A stretch of 64,000 bases of DNA. Origin: Tubiluchus corallicola (taxonomy: Eukaryota; Animalia; Priapulida). This document shows positions 1-13,600 of this stretch, in pieces; the first letter of the stretch is position 1, and each line of letters starts with the position of its first letter. Under the pieces are notes generated by a model. That model was not told where the DNA came from. It made no database searches and was given only the letters and a program-made list of their open reading frames with translations. The stretch covers positions 673,872 through 737,871 of the forward strand of contig JAQGDQ010000067.1 of assembly GCA_030141605.1 (NCBI GenBank), in the 5' to 3' direction. The position numbers and the translations under genes are program-made.

Positions 1-637
1 GAAAACAGCCAAGTTTTAGCAATGATGCCACCTGGAGTGAGTATTGAGTGGACGCCACTCTCATAAAGCACTTGTGGTTTTCCACTCAGTTAGGGACTCC
101 CCCACAAACATACATGGCATCGGCCTACCAACAGTTGTTTTTTAAATAAATATTCTATCGTTATTCTAAAATAACAATTATTCTATCATTTTTATAAAAT
201 AAAATTCAAGGCGCTAAGGCAATTCAGATAAAATGTTCTTATTATGGCTTTTCAGTCTGATTTTCTTCTATATTGACCTTATAATTTGTGCATGTTAAAA
301 TAAAAAATACACAAACTTTACATAAACTCTGTGTAAATGCAGGATATGAAGCTAAAAGTATTGCATTTGGTAGCACCATTAATTATGCCCTGTACTGGTT
401 GGCAGCTTGCAGCATGCCAAATTTTATAAAAAGATAATGCCCTTTTCAAACATAATGCCTTTGTTTTAAATTCATTAAACATTTGGTGCCATCTTAGATC
501 AGGTTTTTTACTAGCCAGAAATAAGACATCCTAACTATCCTCCTCCTCTACTGATTCAGTCTGACAAAAAAAACTTGTAGCTGTTTAAAATCTGGTTATA
601 CAGAAGAGTTATTGTTTAAATTAATTTTTTGTTCCAG

Positions 638-715
638 GAATGGGCTGATTATGATGAAAGGGCAAAGGAAGCAGTTGGTATTTATGAAATAGAACATCGG
701 TTCGTGAAAATGTAA
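638..715 (+). CDS. CZIB: Terminal coding exon of CXXC zinc-binding protein (UPF0587/C1orf123); upstream exons lie outside the window
   Basis: Acceptor ttttttgttccag at 637, then EWADYDERAKEAVGIYEIEHRFVKM*, matching the recalled human CZIB C-terminus (DWTDYDEKAQESVGIYEVTHQFVKC). Confidence 0.88.
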   Translation, partial: EWADYDERAKEAVGIYEIEHRFVKM

Positions 716-1239
716 AATTCTAGCAGTATTTTAATTTGATATTTCGTTTTGGAAAACTACAAAAGATACTGATGATGCAAAGTCATTTTTATTAATCAAA
801 ATCGTGCTGATTTCTAAAATTGTTACAGTTTGGGATATTCTGCTCATCATTGTGATATGTAATTTGGGAACATCTCATTTAAGTATTAAACATCAGGAAT
901 AGGAAACAAATTCTCATCAAATTCATACATGTATTTGGAATTTGCTTTAATTGTTCTTGGCAAATTTGTCTGGTGTGACCATTTTTACCTGTGTTTTATT
1001 TGTTATGATTTGATTTATTACAAAATTATTAATTTGATGCAACTTTGTTGAAGTACATGACATTAGTATTGCTCCTTTTGAGATATAATTATGTGTAGAA
1101 CTGAGAGTAATGAAGCAGTGTAATATGCACATTGGCCCAATGTGCAAACTGTGAATTGATGACATGCACTTTGTATTCAGCACTTTGCCTTTCACAACAA
1201 CCCAACAACAGCAAGTTCATACAACTGCATTAGTGTGAA

Positions 1240-1515
1240 TGGTGGTGTTGATGATAATGGTTGATGGTGATGATGACAATGATGGTTGATTGGTGATGAT
1301 GACAAGAATGATGGTGATGATAGTGGTGATGATGATGACAATGACAACAGTGATGATAACAGGCATGATGGTCAACACAATACTGATAGCAAAAGAAACT
1401 GCCCAGTATTATTTTTGGCAGACATAATATTGATTATGCTGATGACAGCAGTGAACTAGATACCATTGTTGGAGATGATTCTGGCAACGGAATAATGGTG
1501 GTAATGGTAACAATA
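1240..1515. repeat. Low-complexity (GAT/GGT/GAC)n region
   Basis: Degenerate gatgatggtgatgac arrays. Confidence 0.7.
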
Positions 1516-1516
1516 C

Positions 1517-2152
1517 GTTTTGGTGATATTGATGATGGCCTGAGGTGAATTTTGATAAATTGACATTCTCTTTTTGCTCCTGCTTACCTAAGGTCTTCTT
1601 TACTTTCTTTTACTTTTATCTTCTTTCTTCTCCCGAATCCCCGTTTAATAACTTTTTTTAATTGTCACTCTTAAACCTCAGGTTTTTCTTAATGGGAAAA
1701 ATACAAATAATGATATTTTTTGCTGTTTTTAATAACAGCTGCTTTGACGGATGTTAAGCCTATAATAGATAAAGCATCTAGTGTCTGGTGTCCGAGTTCA
1801 GCATCTTGAAGCAAGAAAGAACGTATATATATTGTTTTGGTGATATTGATGATGGCCTGAGGTGAATTTTGATAAATTGACATTCTCTTTTTGCTCCTGC
1901 TTACCTAAGGTCTTCTTTACTTTCTTTTACTTTTATCTTCTTTCTTCTCCCGAATCCCCGTTTAATAACTTTTTTTAATTGTCACTCTTAAACCTCAGGT
2001 TTTTCTTAATGGGAAAAATACAAATAATGATATTTTTTGCTGTTTTTAATAACAGCTGCTTTGGCGGATGTTAAGCCTATAATAGATAAAGCATCTAGTG
2101 TCTGGTGTCCGAGTTCAGCATCTTGAAGCAAGAAAGAACGTATATATATTGT
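1517..2152. repeat. Near-perfect 317-bp tandem duplication (2 copies)
   Basis: gttttggtgatattgatgatggcc starts at 1517 and 1834; visible differences are one A/G substitution and one TA unit. Confidence 0.95.
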
Positions 2153-4382
2153 TAGTAGGTGATGAAATCAAAGATTTTGGCCGCGGATGCTCTTGGTATT
2201 TTTTTAACCATCTAGCGTCTAACATCTATATATTATCATCATCAGCATCATCATCAAAATTTTGACACCATCACTGCGACCACCACAATCATTGGTAACA
2301 CTGACATGGGAAAGTAGAGGAGAGGAGTGGACAGAAAAAAAACAAAATAATATAGAAAAAAGAGATAGGGATAATAAAGTGAAAAGGAAGGCCGTGAATA
2401 AAATGAAAAAAAGAAATAGGAAAAGCCAGAAAGGAAGATAGGATGCAAGGAAGGGAAGAAGAAAACCAGCAAGCGTGTAAGCAGGAGAGAAGACAGGAAT
2501 TGCCAAAACAATAGTAAAATAGAAACGAAGTTTGTTTGCTTTGAATATTTGTTATACACTGCCTTGGCTTTATTTCAAAATTTTCACTTGATTGTTCACT
2601 GCTTTCAAGTTTTTCCTGCACTTGCTAATTGTGATTATTTTTTATAGTTATCTTTGTTTTCAATACACTAAAACTGGCGCATGTTTAACAGTAACTTTTT
2701 TTATTTTTCAGATAACTTTCCACAATAGAAACAATATTTGATGAGTAGCAGATTTGGTTTAGCTGAAAATTGAACTCAGCGATTGATTTTTATTTTTTGT
2801 AAATATGTATATATATTTCAATTTTGAAGTTAGCATTTTGTAGTTTCTGTAACAGGTTAAATGATTTTAAAGCACAAGAAAACCATTCACTTACATAAAG
2901 CTTAAAAAAGTTGTCTTGATACTTTATATCAGTTACATGCTATGTTGTTGCATACAAGAGCTTGCTTCTTGCATTAGCAGTTGCCCTGTACAAAACTTGT
3001 AAATTTAAACTTCTGTGATGATCGTTAGGCGCCGCCATTTTGATGATAAATCATTTGAAACAAGTTCAGATAACACTGCGTAAAGTTTGAAAAAATAATC
3101 ATGCATTCATAGTACATGCTTCACTAACTAGGCAAAATTTTAAATTATTGTATCTTATCAACAAAATTAAAAGTAAGTTTTTTGGTGGTTGAGTGGTGCC
3201 AACTGGTGCTCAACGACATTTTACCAATTGGTGCAAACATTTCAAATTATTCAGAGTTTTCTTTCTACATAACTCTTTTAAGCTGGTAAGCAAAATGCTA
3301 AGTAATATGACTGTCATGGAAAGTTTTTTGGGACATAGTTTAACATTGCCTTCTCTTCCCCTGATTTGTGTTGTGCGTATGTAACGTCACATAATGGCAC
3401 AGTTGGAAGAGTATAGTGGGAGATTTAAAATGAAAACAAACAAAAATTCTTTTTAATGTGAGTGCGATATACCCTTAAAATTGCTATGAACTAATATAAT
3501 TTTTTAAGGCGATTTTGCTGAAACCTACTTTAGGAACCCCTTTTCTTGTCCTTTAATATAAATTTCTTCAGTGGAAAATTGATTTACTTCCTCGATGCGA
3601 ACAATCTTCCTCATTATATGGTCATATCAGTGCTGTAACCCATTGCATTTGTCTGGTTTGCAATGCGATTCCTTGCTATACTTGTAGGTTATGTACTGGC
3701 TTTCTTCATCACTTCTTACACAGAACACTCACCATTCTCGTCCAATAACAAACACTTCATATGTTATGATGTTTGTCTCTTAATCTATTGGTCATTGTTT
3801 GCATTATTGACTTCGTTCTGTAATTTCTACAGGCATTTGGTCGCATGAAAATCAAATCTCATGTAAAATAGGCTCCTACAGCTACTGTGCATGTTCTTTT
3901 GTTATTCATCATCACTAGTTTTTTAGGTTGGCATTGAGTCAAGTTGTATAGACTGTTTATCATCATGACGTTATTATAATTATCAATATTGTCGCTGCCT
4001 CAGCCACTGTCACCACCACCGCCGCTTTTCAAGTCTAACCTGATTTTTTCTAACATTTTTGTCATTTTCCTCTCCTTTTCCTCCCCTCTAGCATCATCAC
4101 TACTATTCAATTGTATTGATTATTGCTAACAGTTAACTACATTTCTTTAGTGTTGCTATCCTAATAGGTCTTTTTGTGAACATTCAGTTACTTTTAGATT
4201 TCTTCCTGTTATACTGACAAGGTATAACGTAGCTTTTTAGTTATGTGTTTTAGGTATTTGCTTTATAGTGAAAGCATTGCCACTGATTGCAGCTACTCAT
4301 GTGAGGACTGCTTATCTCTGTTAAAGTAAATATCTTTTGTGATGTTCCACTATTGTCAGTCTTACACACAAAGTATGAGAAA

Positions 4383-5505
4383 CAGGGGCGGAACTAGATG
4401 TGGCAAGCAGGGGGGGGGCAAAAATTTTTTGGGAGGGCGAGGTATCCGAAGTGGTTAAATAATGGTTAAGCCAATTTTGAACCCCTTTTATACTGCATGC
4501 AGGCCTATAATGAGCATGTGTGTGGGACGGCATAGCAGACAGAGCAATAATGAGAAAATTAACTCTCAGTTAACCTAACGTTATTAATGTGCCTCTAACT
4601 AAATTGTTATTTACAGAAATTTATCATACACAAATTTTAAGAAAAGTTTTGCTACTGCTTTTGAAGAGGGCCCACATTGACATGCTGTCCTTGTGTATTT
4701 CCGTCTCTTTGTGCTTTTGCATATCATGGCCAGTTTTCGGATATTTCGTCATATGTGGTTGTCGTGGTTTCTCAGATCTACTTCCTTGGATAAAAAAGTC
4801 TAAAGTTTTCTAGGTGGTACAACTTTGTCGTCTGCCCTATTCCCAGACATGTAACATGTAATCACGTGAAAATTCCTGTTTGTCAACAAGATGAAACAAC
4901 AGTGCAATAAATGAGCAAATAAGCAGCTAAAATCGCAGCGAAAACTAGCAGAGATTCTCCTAGCAGGAGAAAAATGATGAAATGTGCTCAAAAATCACGC
5001 CCTTTTATGCAGCAAACTCATGGGAAAGAGTCGCTAAGGAGTAGCAAAGAATCGGTAATGTCCAATCAGGAGGTGGCTCATCAATTTGTATCTCCCAAAC
5101 GGACTCTCTGGTACTAGGGTAGCTCAACATGACTTCAATGTTTGCATTGTTTTTGCTCTATTATTTCACTGCTGAACGAAGCTCGAGTGCTAACTGAGCC
5201 GTTTTGTTAACTAACAGTCTTTTGTGCAAAGACGCTAATGCTACTCAACGAGCTGGTTTGTTAACTGTTCCTGCCTGCCTCCTGAATAGATTACATGCAA
5301 ACAAATTAACTACATCCTGACTTTCAGGTAAACACATCTGGTCTGGCAGGTATTAACAGTCAGAATAATTTAACTTGGCGACAAACTTTAATGATAAAAA
5401 ATATTATTGGGCTACTGCAAAAAAAAATTGTTTGTCCGATTTGGCAGGGGGGCGCAAATTTTGACAGGGGGGCGCCCCCTTCGCCCCCTCCTAGTTTCGC
5501 CCCTG
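4383..5505. mobile_element. Non-autonomous hAT-type DNA transposon (1123 bp)
   Basis: TIRs CAGGGGCGGAACTAG / CTAGTTTCGCCCCTG (14/15); perfect 8-bp TSD ATGAGAAA at 4375-4382 and 5506-5513. Confidence 0.9.
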
Positions 5506-6269
5506 ATGAGAAACTTGATGAAAATATTTTTTTATAATTATGCTTTCACATTTACAATTTGTAGAGTTTAATCATATCTTTTCAGAGCTAAAGGTTTGTG
5601 ACAAACTCTTCTGATGAAAAATTGTTGATTATTAAATAAACAGAATTTCATAATGCAGAAAAATGAGTTAGTTGAACTTTTATCTCATTTCGTGGGATAA
5701 AGATAATTTAATTCATGCACCCATAGACATCTGTGATGCTTTTTTCCTGAAAAATGCCATCAACTTTATACATATTAAATGTAATGTCTGTATGCACATT
5801 GTTTCAATGGTCAATGTAGTGGTCATTGCAAGAAGAGACTTGTTAGAAAAGCTTCTTCCACAATCATGAATACCATTTCTAGGTCTCAGTGTACAGGTCT
5901 TTGGATAAGGAAACAGTCAAATGTTAACTGTATAGTTTGCATTAGAAGTTAGCAACACTAAATAAATGGGGCTCTCATTCAGCTCACTTGAGCTTCGGGA
6001 AAATTTCTCAATTGGAAGCCTTTTGGGTGCCAGACTAGTGAAAGTGGAAAGCCACAAAGTGCAGAATCAAAACTGGTTTTCACTGTTATGCTATATATTG
6101 TTGCATATGCTTGATTTTGTGAAGTGATCATTTTAACTAAAAATGTTGTGAGAAATAGGAAAACAGTGAATTATTAAAAATTCATTATACAAAATGAAAA
6201 CAATAGGTACAGCATTAAATGCCATTCGAACATGGATTAAACAGCTCTATCAGTTTGGTGGTCATCCTA

Positions 6270-6860
6270 GATAATGAGCGAAGTTGTGGTCCTGCCACAA
6301 CATACCGCTATCCAATAAATCACTGATTATTCATAGGCTTCATATTCGTGCAGCGCCAAGATGTCGTAAAATGAAGAATTAAGCAGAAATGTCAGTAGTT
6401 AAGCAGGAATGACAGTAGTTTTCTTCATTTAACCTTTCCGCCGCGACAGATTCTCGATAAACGGCAGCAACATTTTTAGCAACAATATTTCTAACGTTTG
6501 TTTTGCGGGTTGAAGAAGTTTTTTCATCTCGTGATGTTTGTTAAAGTATACGAAACGGCTTTAACATCTATATGTACGTGAGATTAAACCTTCTGTAACA
6601 GATCTGCAAATAAATGTCTTGAAATTTTTATCAAAAGGGCATTAATGTTGATATTTTCCTTCACAGATGGTTAATAATTGGCTTGTTATCGACTGGAAGT
6701 AATAATATGTTAGCAGATTGAAATTGCAGCAGGTTATGTTTACACGTGGGCGCGTTTATCAGCTCTGCCGAGGCTGCGTATTACAACGCTTATCAAAGGT
6801 GTTTCAATATGTTACTGCGTGCCAGATTAACATTGTTAGCTACACTTAGAGGTGTAAGTT
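6270..6860 (+). promoter_or_regulatory. CpG-enriched segment, candidate promoter and non-coding first exon of the aGPCR
   Basis: Local CpG enrichment, TGTTTAC and CACGTG motifs near 6735-6748, donor GTAAGT at 6854; the first coding exon has an acceptor at 10512 so an upstream exon is expected. Could instead be TE-derived. Confidence 0.3.
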
Positions 6861-8869
6861 CAAGCCAGTAAACCCACAGATGTGTTTGCTTTCAGCATTT
6901 GTTTTTAGTTATTTACACTGATTTGATACCCAGTGGGCTGGACATATCACAACTATTGTACGTTAACAATCGCTTACATTGTAATAGATTGATTGGTCGA
7001 TCGATTTTTAGTGATTAGCTGACAACAATGATTTAGTGGTAAGTTAAATTTTGATTTTTCTTCTTTGTGCACTACGTACACTCAATTTACAAATTATTAA
7101 CTTATACACATTTCAGCTTATTAGTTTTTTTCACACTTATACGCTGAAGAAATGGACAATTTGTAGATTTTGTTTTTCTATTCTAAAGTTCGTCGTTTTG
7201 ATGAATAGTCAGGATAGGGATATACAATCGATTTGGACTTTGGAGTTATAACCTGCCTACATGTAAATTAGGATTGTCTAATACGCACTCAAGTTTCAAT
7301 GAGAAAATTGCAAGTATTCCAATTGTAAGTGTTCAAGTTATTGGGCTATGCGTATGCTGATTCATACATAAACTTTAAATTTGGGTATTAAATTTCTTGT
7401 CAAACATGTTAATAGCTGTGAAATTTCGTATGTATAATAGGTAATCGTCCATTTTAGATTTATAGTTTTTTAGAATCTACACTCGTCATACTTTCAAGTT
7501 CCCAGCTACAAATCTGTATACATATAGTATGAAAGCGCTAAATTATTGCGAGATAAGTGAATAAACTTACTTTTCAAATATGAACACGGTTCGACTGAAG
7601 TGTGTACATGCAACTATATGTAACCATTAATTTAAATAATTGAAAATTTATATTACTTTGTTAATTGAAGAAACTTGTACAAGCGTGAGCTATGCACTTA
7701 GAATGATGTTTGTCAGATTTTTCACTCGAGTATTGCTTAGTAACGATTGTGTGTTTGTATACTTGTTTTGCGATCATATGACATGCATTACCACTTTCGT
7801 TGCGTTCTAGAACACATATTGAGACAACATGCGTTAGCTCATTCTGAATAGACCCATTCAACCTGAGTACTGTCACGTTCAAAGGGCAATAACATTAGAA
7901 AAACAGGAAGCCAGTTAAGCAGATTTTTCGTAATTAAATTTGCATCTGATAGCAATTTTTATTCGAAGAACAGAAAGCTTAGTTTATGCGGCACGTCATC
8001 AAGTTAGTATATGATTAGCTAGTTTTAGTTTCGCTTTTTCTTCTGAGCTATCCTGTCGCGCAAAATACCCTTTACGCTCCCATACTTACAAATCGTCGAA
8101 AAATAGACACTTAGCACAACTTTGAACTCAACTACACAGTTATTTGGGTTGACAAGATGAAGCAATAAAAAGTCACACACATGTAATTTGTAATCATCTT
8201 CTCACGCATTTTTATTTAGGCTCCTAAAACTGCGCATCATGAATTATGTTCCTAATCCTAGTATTAATGTGGTAGTTGTAATGTTTATTGAAGTGATGAA
8301 GCTCCTAAAAACCATTCCTCTTGAATGTGGGAAAGTTTGGTATAGGGAAATTTTGGTATGGGAAAATTTGGTACTAGGAATTTTTGGTACGCAGTAATTT
8401 TGGTACAGGTGCATTTGGTACTATCATCTTAAAGTACAAGGAATTTTTGGTACTAGGAGAATGTGGTACGGGGAATGTTTTGGTACGAGGAAAATATAGT
8501 ACCAGGATTGTTTAATACAAAGAAATATTGACACAAGGAAGTTTCGGTACTAGGAAAATGTGGTACAAGGAAAATTCGGCACTAGGAAAGTTTGGCATTG
8601 GAAAATTTGGTATTAAACGAAAACTAGAACATTTGTATAACTCAAAATAAAATAATTGTTTCAACTAGAGAATAAAGAAGTTTATTCAGTACGGAGAAAA
8701 TATGGTACTAGGAAAGTCTGGTTTATTAAAAAGTTCATAAAACATTATAATATATTGTAATTAATCACATATTGTAATTAATAATGCATGGTAGTTAAAA
8801 TTTTATCCGTGATTATCAAATCCCATTAAATTTGAGAATTCTTTGCATATATTTTCATTGATGCTATGC

Positions 8870-9189
8870 CAGTGTTTCCCAAACTTTTCTAGTACGTGAC
8901 CCCTACCAAACCTATCATGACCCCCACCTTTATAAGCCTTCTGAAAACGTATTAAATTTTAACATTGTAGATACATTGTTTTACAATTTAAAAGATTAAT
9001 CACAGCAGAGAGAGCAGTAACAAAAGGTGTTTATTATTGTTTGTGAATGTGTATTAATGTTTCTTAACAAGGATTGATATAATCATGTATTTTAAGGATG
9101 TATTTGCTTTTTTGATACAAACTCCTTGACCCCCAGAAAAAGGCTCATGGTCCTTTTGGGGGTCATGACCCACAGTTTGAGAACGAATG
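8870..9189. mobile_element. Old hAT (Charlie-like) MITE nested in the foldback element
   Basis: CAGTGTTTCCCAAACT ... AGTTTGAGAACGAATG termini, internal TGACCCC/GGGGTCA motifs; TSD degraded. Confidence 0.6.
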
Positions 9190-9394
9190 CACTACACCGT
9201 CTAGTATTTTACGGGTCATGGCTAGTTATAAGTAATAGAAAGTTTTGCCAAATTTGAAAAGTGAGTATTATTTGTTTCCACTACCCAAGCTCCATAGAAG
9301 TATTTTGCATAAAATGGAAACTGAATTTAAATCAATGGCATTATCAGAAGCACCCCAAATATGCCACATTGTGTAGTGTCAGCAGTAAGTACTG

Positions 9395-9760
9395 TTGTAA
9401 TCACTGTCATAATCATTGTCACTGTCAACATCATCGGTGTCATCTTTGCCATGATTATCACTGTTATCATCGTCATCATAATTATCATCATCACTATCGT
9501 CATCGTTGTTATCATCAATATTATTGTCATCACTGTTACTGTAATCATTCGTCGTTCCTTATAGGCACAACAACAACAACAGCAACAGTTGTGATGATGA
9601 TGGTGATGATAATTATCATGTTCACTGCTAACAATGTTAACAGCAGCAGCAACAACAATAGCAACAGCAACAACAACAGTAGCAGCAGCAACAACAACAA
9701 CAATGACAACAGCAACAGCAACCAAATGACAAATAGCAAACAACAGACAAACAAACAAAG
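9395..9760. repeat. (CAT)n/(CAA,CAG)n low-complexity tract
   Basis: Degenerate trinucleotide arrays; source of four overlapping spurious ORFs. Confidence 0.85.
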
Positions 9761-10554
9761 AGGATGCGAACGAAAAACAAATAGAAACAGATGCAATAAC
9801 ATGAGTCTCTATAACTTGTTTGTTCGAGTAGGTTATATAAAATATATTTTCATGTTTAAATAGACTTTCCTAGTACCAAACTTGTTCTGTACCATTGTTA
9901 CCTTGTGCCATATTTACTTGTACCAAAAATGCCTGACAAAACTTCGTTAGTATCATATTTACTCTGTACGAAATTGTCCCAGTACCAAAATTACCAAGTA
10001 CCAAAAATTGTTAGTACCAAATTTTCCCGGTACCAAAATTTCCTCGTACCAAAATTAACATTACCAAACTTATCACACACCTTCCATTCAGCCTACACGC
10101 AGTTAAACTAATTGAAATTTTCCTATGATTGAACTGCTAAAAGCACAAGTTTGTAAATATTGGTTATTATCATTGGCACAGTTTTTGTAAAACTTGTCAC
10201 AGTGTATCTTTTTTCTTACTGTATTTATGCAGGCCTACACTTCTAAAGCAAAAATATTTATATTTACGTATATATTTACATGCATTTATATCTATATTTA
10301 TACATACTTGTATAAATATTTATTTTATGATTACTAATTTTCAGTTAATGACGTTCCAATGACATTAACTGATTTTTTCCTCGGTAAAATTTTAATGTCA
10401 CTGATTACTGCATTCCGCTTTTGCACGTTTCGTTCTGTATGTTCACAAGTAAGCTTTTTAAGTATAACTTATAAATACCCTGTACTTAATATACACATCA
10501 CTGGCATTTTAGAGGTACTGGCTCCTGGATACTGGTGAGATTTGAGAATGAAGA

Positions 10555-10636
10555 ATGCAAGGAATCATGACTAAAAGTGATAAATTACGCAAAGTTGTCT
10601 GGATATTATTTTTCTGCCAACTGGGATGTATATTGG
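10555..10636 (+). CDS. ADGRL: aGPCR exon 1: signal peptide
   Basis: [28 protein letters not shown]; acceptor at 10512, donor GTGAGT at 10637, phase 1. Confidence 0.7.
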
Positions 10637-13600
10637 GTGAGTTTGTTGTTGTGCTGCTTATAACTTTGTGCTTGGGTGTATTCAGCAATAGAAAAAGGTG
10701 TAGCCCTACTAAAGTTATTAATTTATTGTTCAGTTCTGCTATATTTGTATTGATTTAGTGTTTTTGCCTATCTAACCACCTACTAATAATCGGTGCTCTA
10801 CGGGTGCCGTAATTAAATGTTTCATACAGTATGATTCATAAAGTAGGCTAGTCTGTCTCATAAATTTGTTAGCTGAGTTGTGGCTTGATTTTATTATTTG
10901 TGTATAAATAATAAAATGGTTCCTGAAGTTTTCTGGCATCTCGAGTGTAATGACTCTTTGCATTTCCGCTAGTGTGGAATGACCTTAAGTGAGAGATTCA
11001 AGGTCACTAGGTATTTTCTTGTTGTTTTATCAGTTCTTTTCAGATGTAATTAAACCCAAGAACAAATAATTAAAATTGGAAACATTTTTTTAAGGTTGAA
11101 CCCCAAGTGCTTTATAAAAACGTGTTTATCATCAGTTCAACAGTTTCAGCAAAACATTCAAATTCTGAAGCGTTTAATTTAACATTTAGTTAATTAAGAA
11201 AGTTCAACCAGCATTCAGCAGAATAACATTGCTCATTGTTTCTCAGAATAGCTTTCAATTACAGTGAATTTGGCATGCCTCAAATTAACCTTTATCACCA
11301 TACGCATGCCAAATATTAATACATTAAATAGAAATGTGAATATTTTGCACAAAGTTTTTTTTAGCAAAATTTGCAAATTAGCGTGTCACAAATGCTCTAA
11401 ATAAATGTTAAATTACCAGATTATGTTAAGCACAATAACCTTGCTTATCACTTTCAGGAAAAAACTTTGAAAACATGAAACTGAAATCGTTAAGATTAAT
11501 ATTATATGTTTGTAGTTTAATAGGACATTAGAAATAAAACCATTGTTCATGGATTTTGCAAATTTTTTTAATTAAAGTGAGCAACTTATTAACATTAAAC
11601 TTTAATTACTGTAGTTACCAAAGGTTAAAAAACTAAAACTTACACAAACATTCTTCAGAAAAATTAATAGCATAAAACGGGGTGAAGAGGGACACTTTTT
11701 ACATTCAAACTGTAACTTTTTTGTTAGTTTTTATACTAAATTGTGTTTGGTTGTTATATGGCCGCATACACAATCTATCTTTTGAAGGTGTTGCACTTAT
11801 GATAAAAAATTGTACATTATTTTTTTATTTAAAAACTAGTGTCTCTATTAACTCCTCATCTTGATGTGAATAGGTACAGCCTTATTTTTAGTTCTTGTAT
11901 CCGTTTGCATTACATGAAGTGAAAAGGAACACAGCTTACGTTTCAAAAAACGTGTTTTAAAATCAGTTATTTTGATATCTAGGATAAATTTACAAAGCTT
12001 GACCAGATAGCACTGCTCCTAGATATCTGTTGCATATCATTAAACATGCTTTAATAACTTTTCTTGGGTTTTGTCCTTATTCACCCCGTTTTGCGGTACA
12101 TTTTTTAGAAATACTGCTCAATGTCAAGTAAAAATCTGCAAAGTATGGTCAAATCATCATCTCTGGAGTCACATGTCGTCTGAAATGACCCTCCCAATCA
12201 CTTTATTCCATGCTGCCCTGTCACCCACAACCTCCCATGTCTTTGTATTTTTGATATCTAATGGTGTATTTATAACATATTTTTTGATGAAATTGATGTG
12301 CGAGAGGGAAAGAGAGAGAGAGAGAGAGAGAGAGGGGGGGAGGGAGTGAGAGAGGCGGGAGGCAGGGAGGGAGGGAGTTAGTGAGAGAGAGAGAGAGAGA
12401 GAGAGATGAAGGGGGTTTAAATTTGTAATTGTTTAACATTGGGTTGGCCTGCTACTGTCTTATTGGTATAGGCTTATAGGGCAAGGTTATATAAATTCCT
12501 CACCACGACATTATTTGTTTTTAGTTGCAAATATTGTTTATCCAGACACATACTGCAGTTTATATATGTTTCTGTACACAATAGCTTGTGATATCATACG
12601 TTTAGTGCAAATAGCAAGGAAATGTGAATTTGGCATATAAGCCCTAATCGCAAATTTAAAGCCCATTATATGTTTGGAATGTACAATTTGCACAGCCGTA
12701 AACTTTGTGTGGTTATTTAGAAAATTATTCTCAAGGACCAATACTAGTCAAAATTTGTTTTAATTAATGCAATAGCATTAAAACCTGTGTGGTCGTCTAT
12801 CATATATATACAGTACCATTAATAACTCTATACATTATGCCCTTAATAATTCTATACATTATAAATAAAACTATTTTTAAAACAATTTCATAATGAAATA
12901 AATCCATTTATTTGTGGATTTTTTTTTAACTTTTTTTGTGTTTAATACAGCATTCATATTAAATTTTACTGCTTTTATTTAGCTGCTGCTCGTATGTACT
13001 AATGCTTATAATGAGTGTATCTTTAAATTACAAATTTCACATTTTTACTAGTCTTCCTCATGTAACAAATTTTGTTATTGGGGGCAGATGGGTAATACTG
13101 AATGAAGAAGTGCAATTAATTAATTTATTTTGTTGTAAATGCCAATCCCTATCAAGACTGATCAGAAGCTGCATGGAGATAAATGACTGGTTTATTTAAT
13201 TTCAGTGTGCCTACCTTTTTGTGCTTGTTCCAGCTTTGTTTGAAAAACAGCAAGTGGAAGAAAGGACATCCATTGTTGCCTATTGGTTACATTTGAATTT
13301 GTAGTGTGGCACATCACCTGTAGGCTATCACCTGTAAATTTCAGTTTTGTGAAGTAATTACCTTACTTTTGGCAATTTCATAATTTTTGTTTTGATTTAT
13401 CTTTAATTTTTAGTTTGGTTTTATTTTGGAATTTTTGTTTATAATTTTTGCTTTCTTGTATAGGAAGCCCTATTTTGCTGTGCCATACGAATCCTTGCCA
13501 GAACAATGGTACATGTTTACGAATCTCAGGTAATATTATAAGATAAAGTTATATTTTTATGTTATTTATTTATTTGTTTATGACGTGTGTTAAATACACA

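Larger units (their letters stand above)
8326..10079. mobile_element. Foldback-like element with inverted arrays of ~17-bp subrepeats
   Basis: 8326-8720 repeats GGAAA(A/T)TTTGGTAC; 9865-10079 repeats the reverse complement GTACCAAAATTTCC; end motifs GTGGGAAAGTTTGGTA / TACCAAACTTATCACAC. No clear TSD. Confidence 0.7.

Noticed and set aside
2219-2621. Three overlapping hydrophobic minus-strand ORFs
   Set aside because: Artefact of a purine-rich tract; no domain or splice support.
9261-9863. 200-aa His/Cys/Asn-rich ORF and overlapping ORFs
   Set aside because: Products of trinucleotide low-complexity sequence, open in several frames on both strands, inside a transposon.
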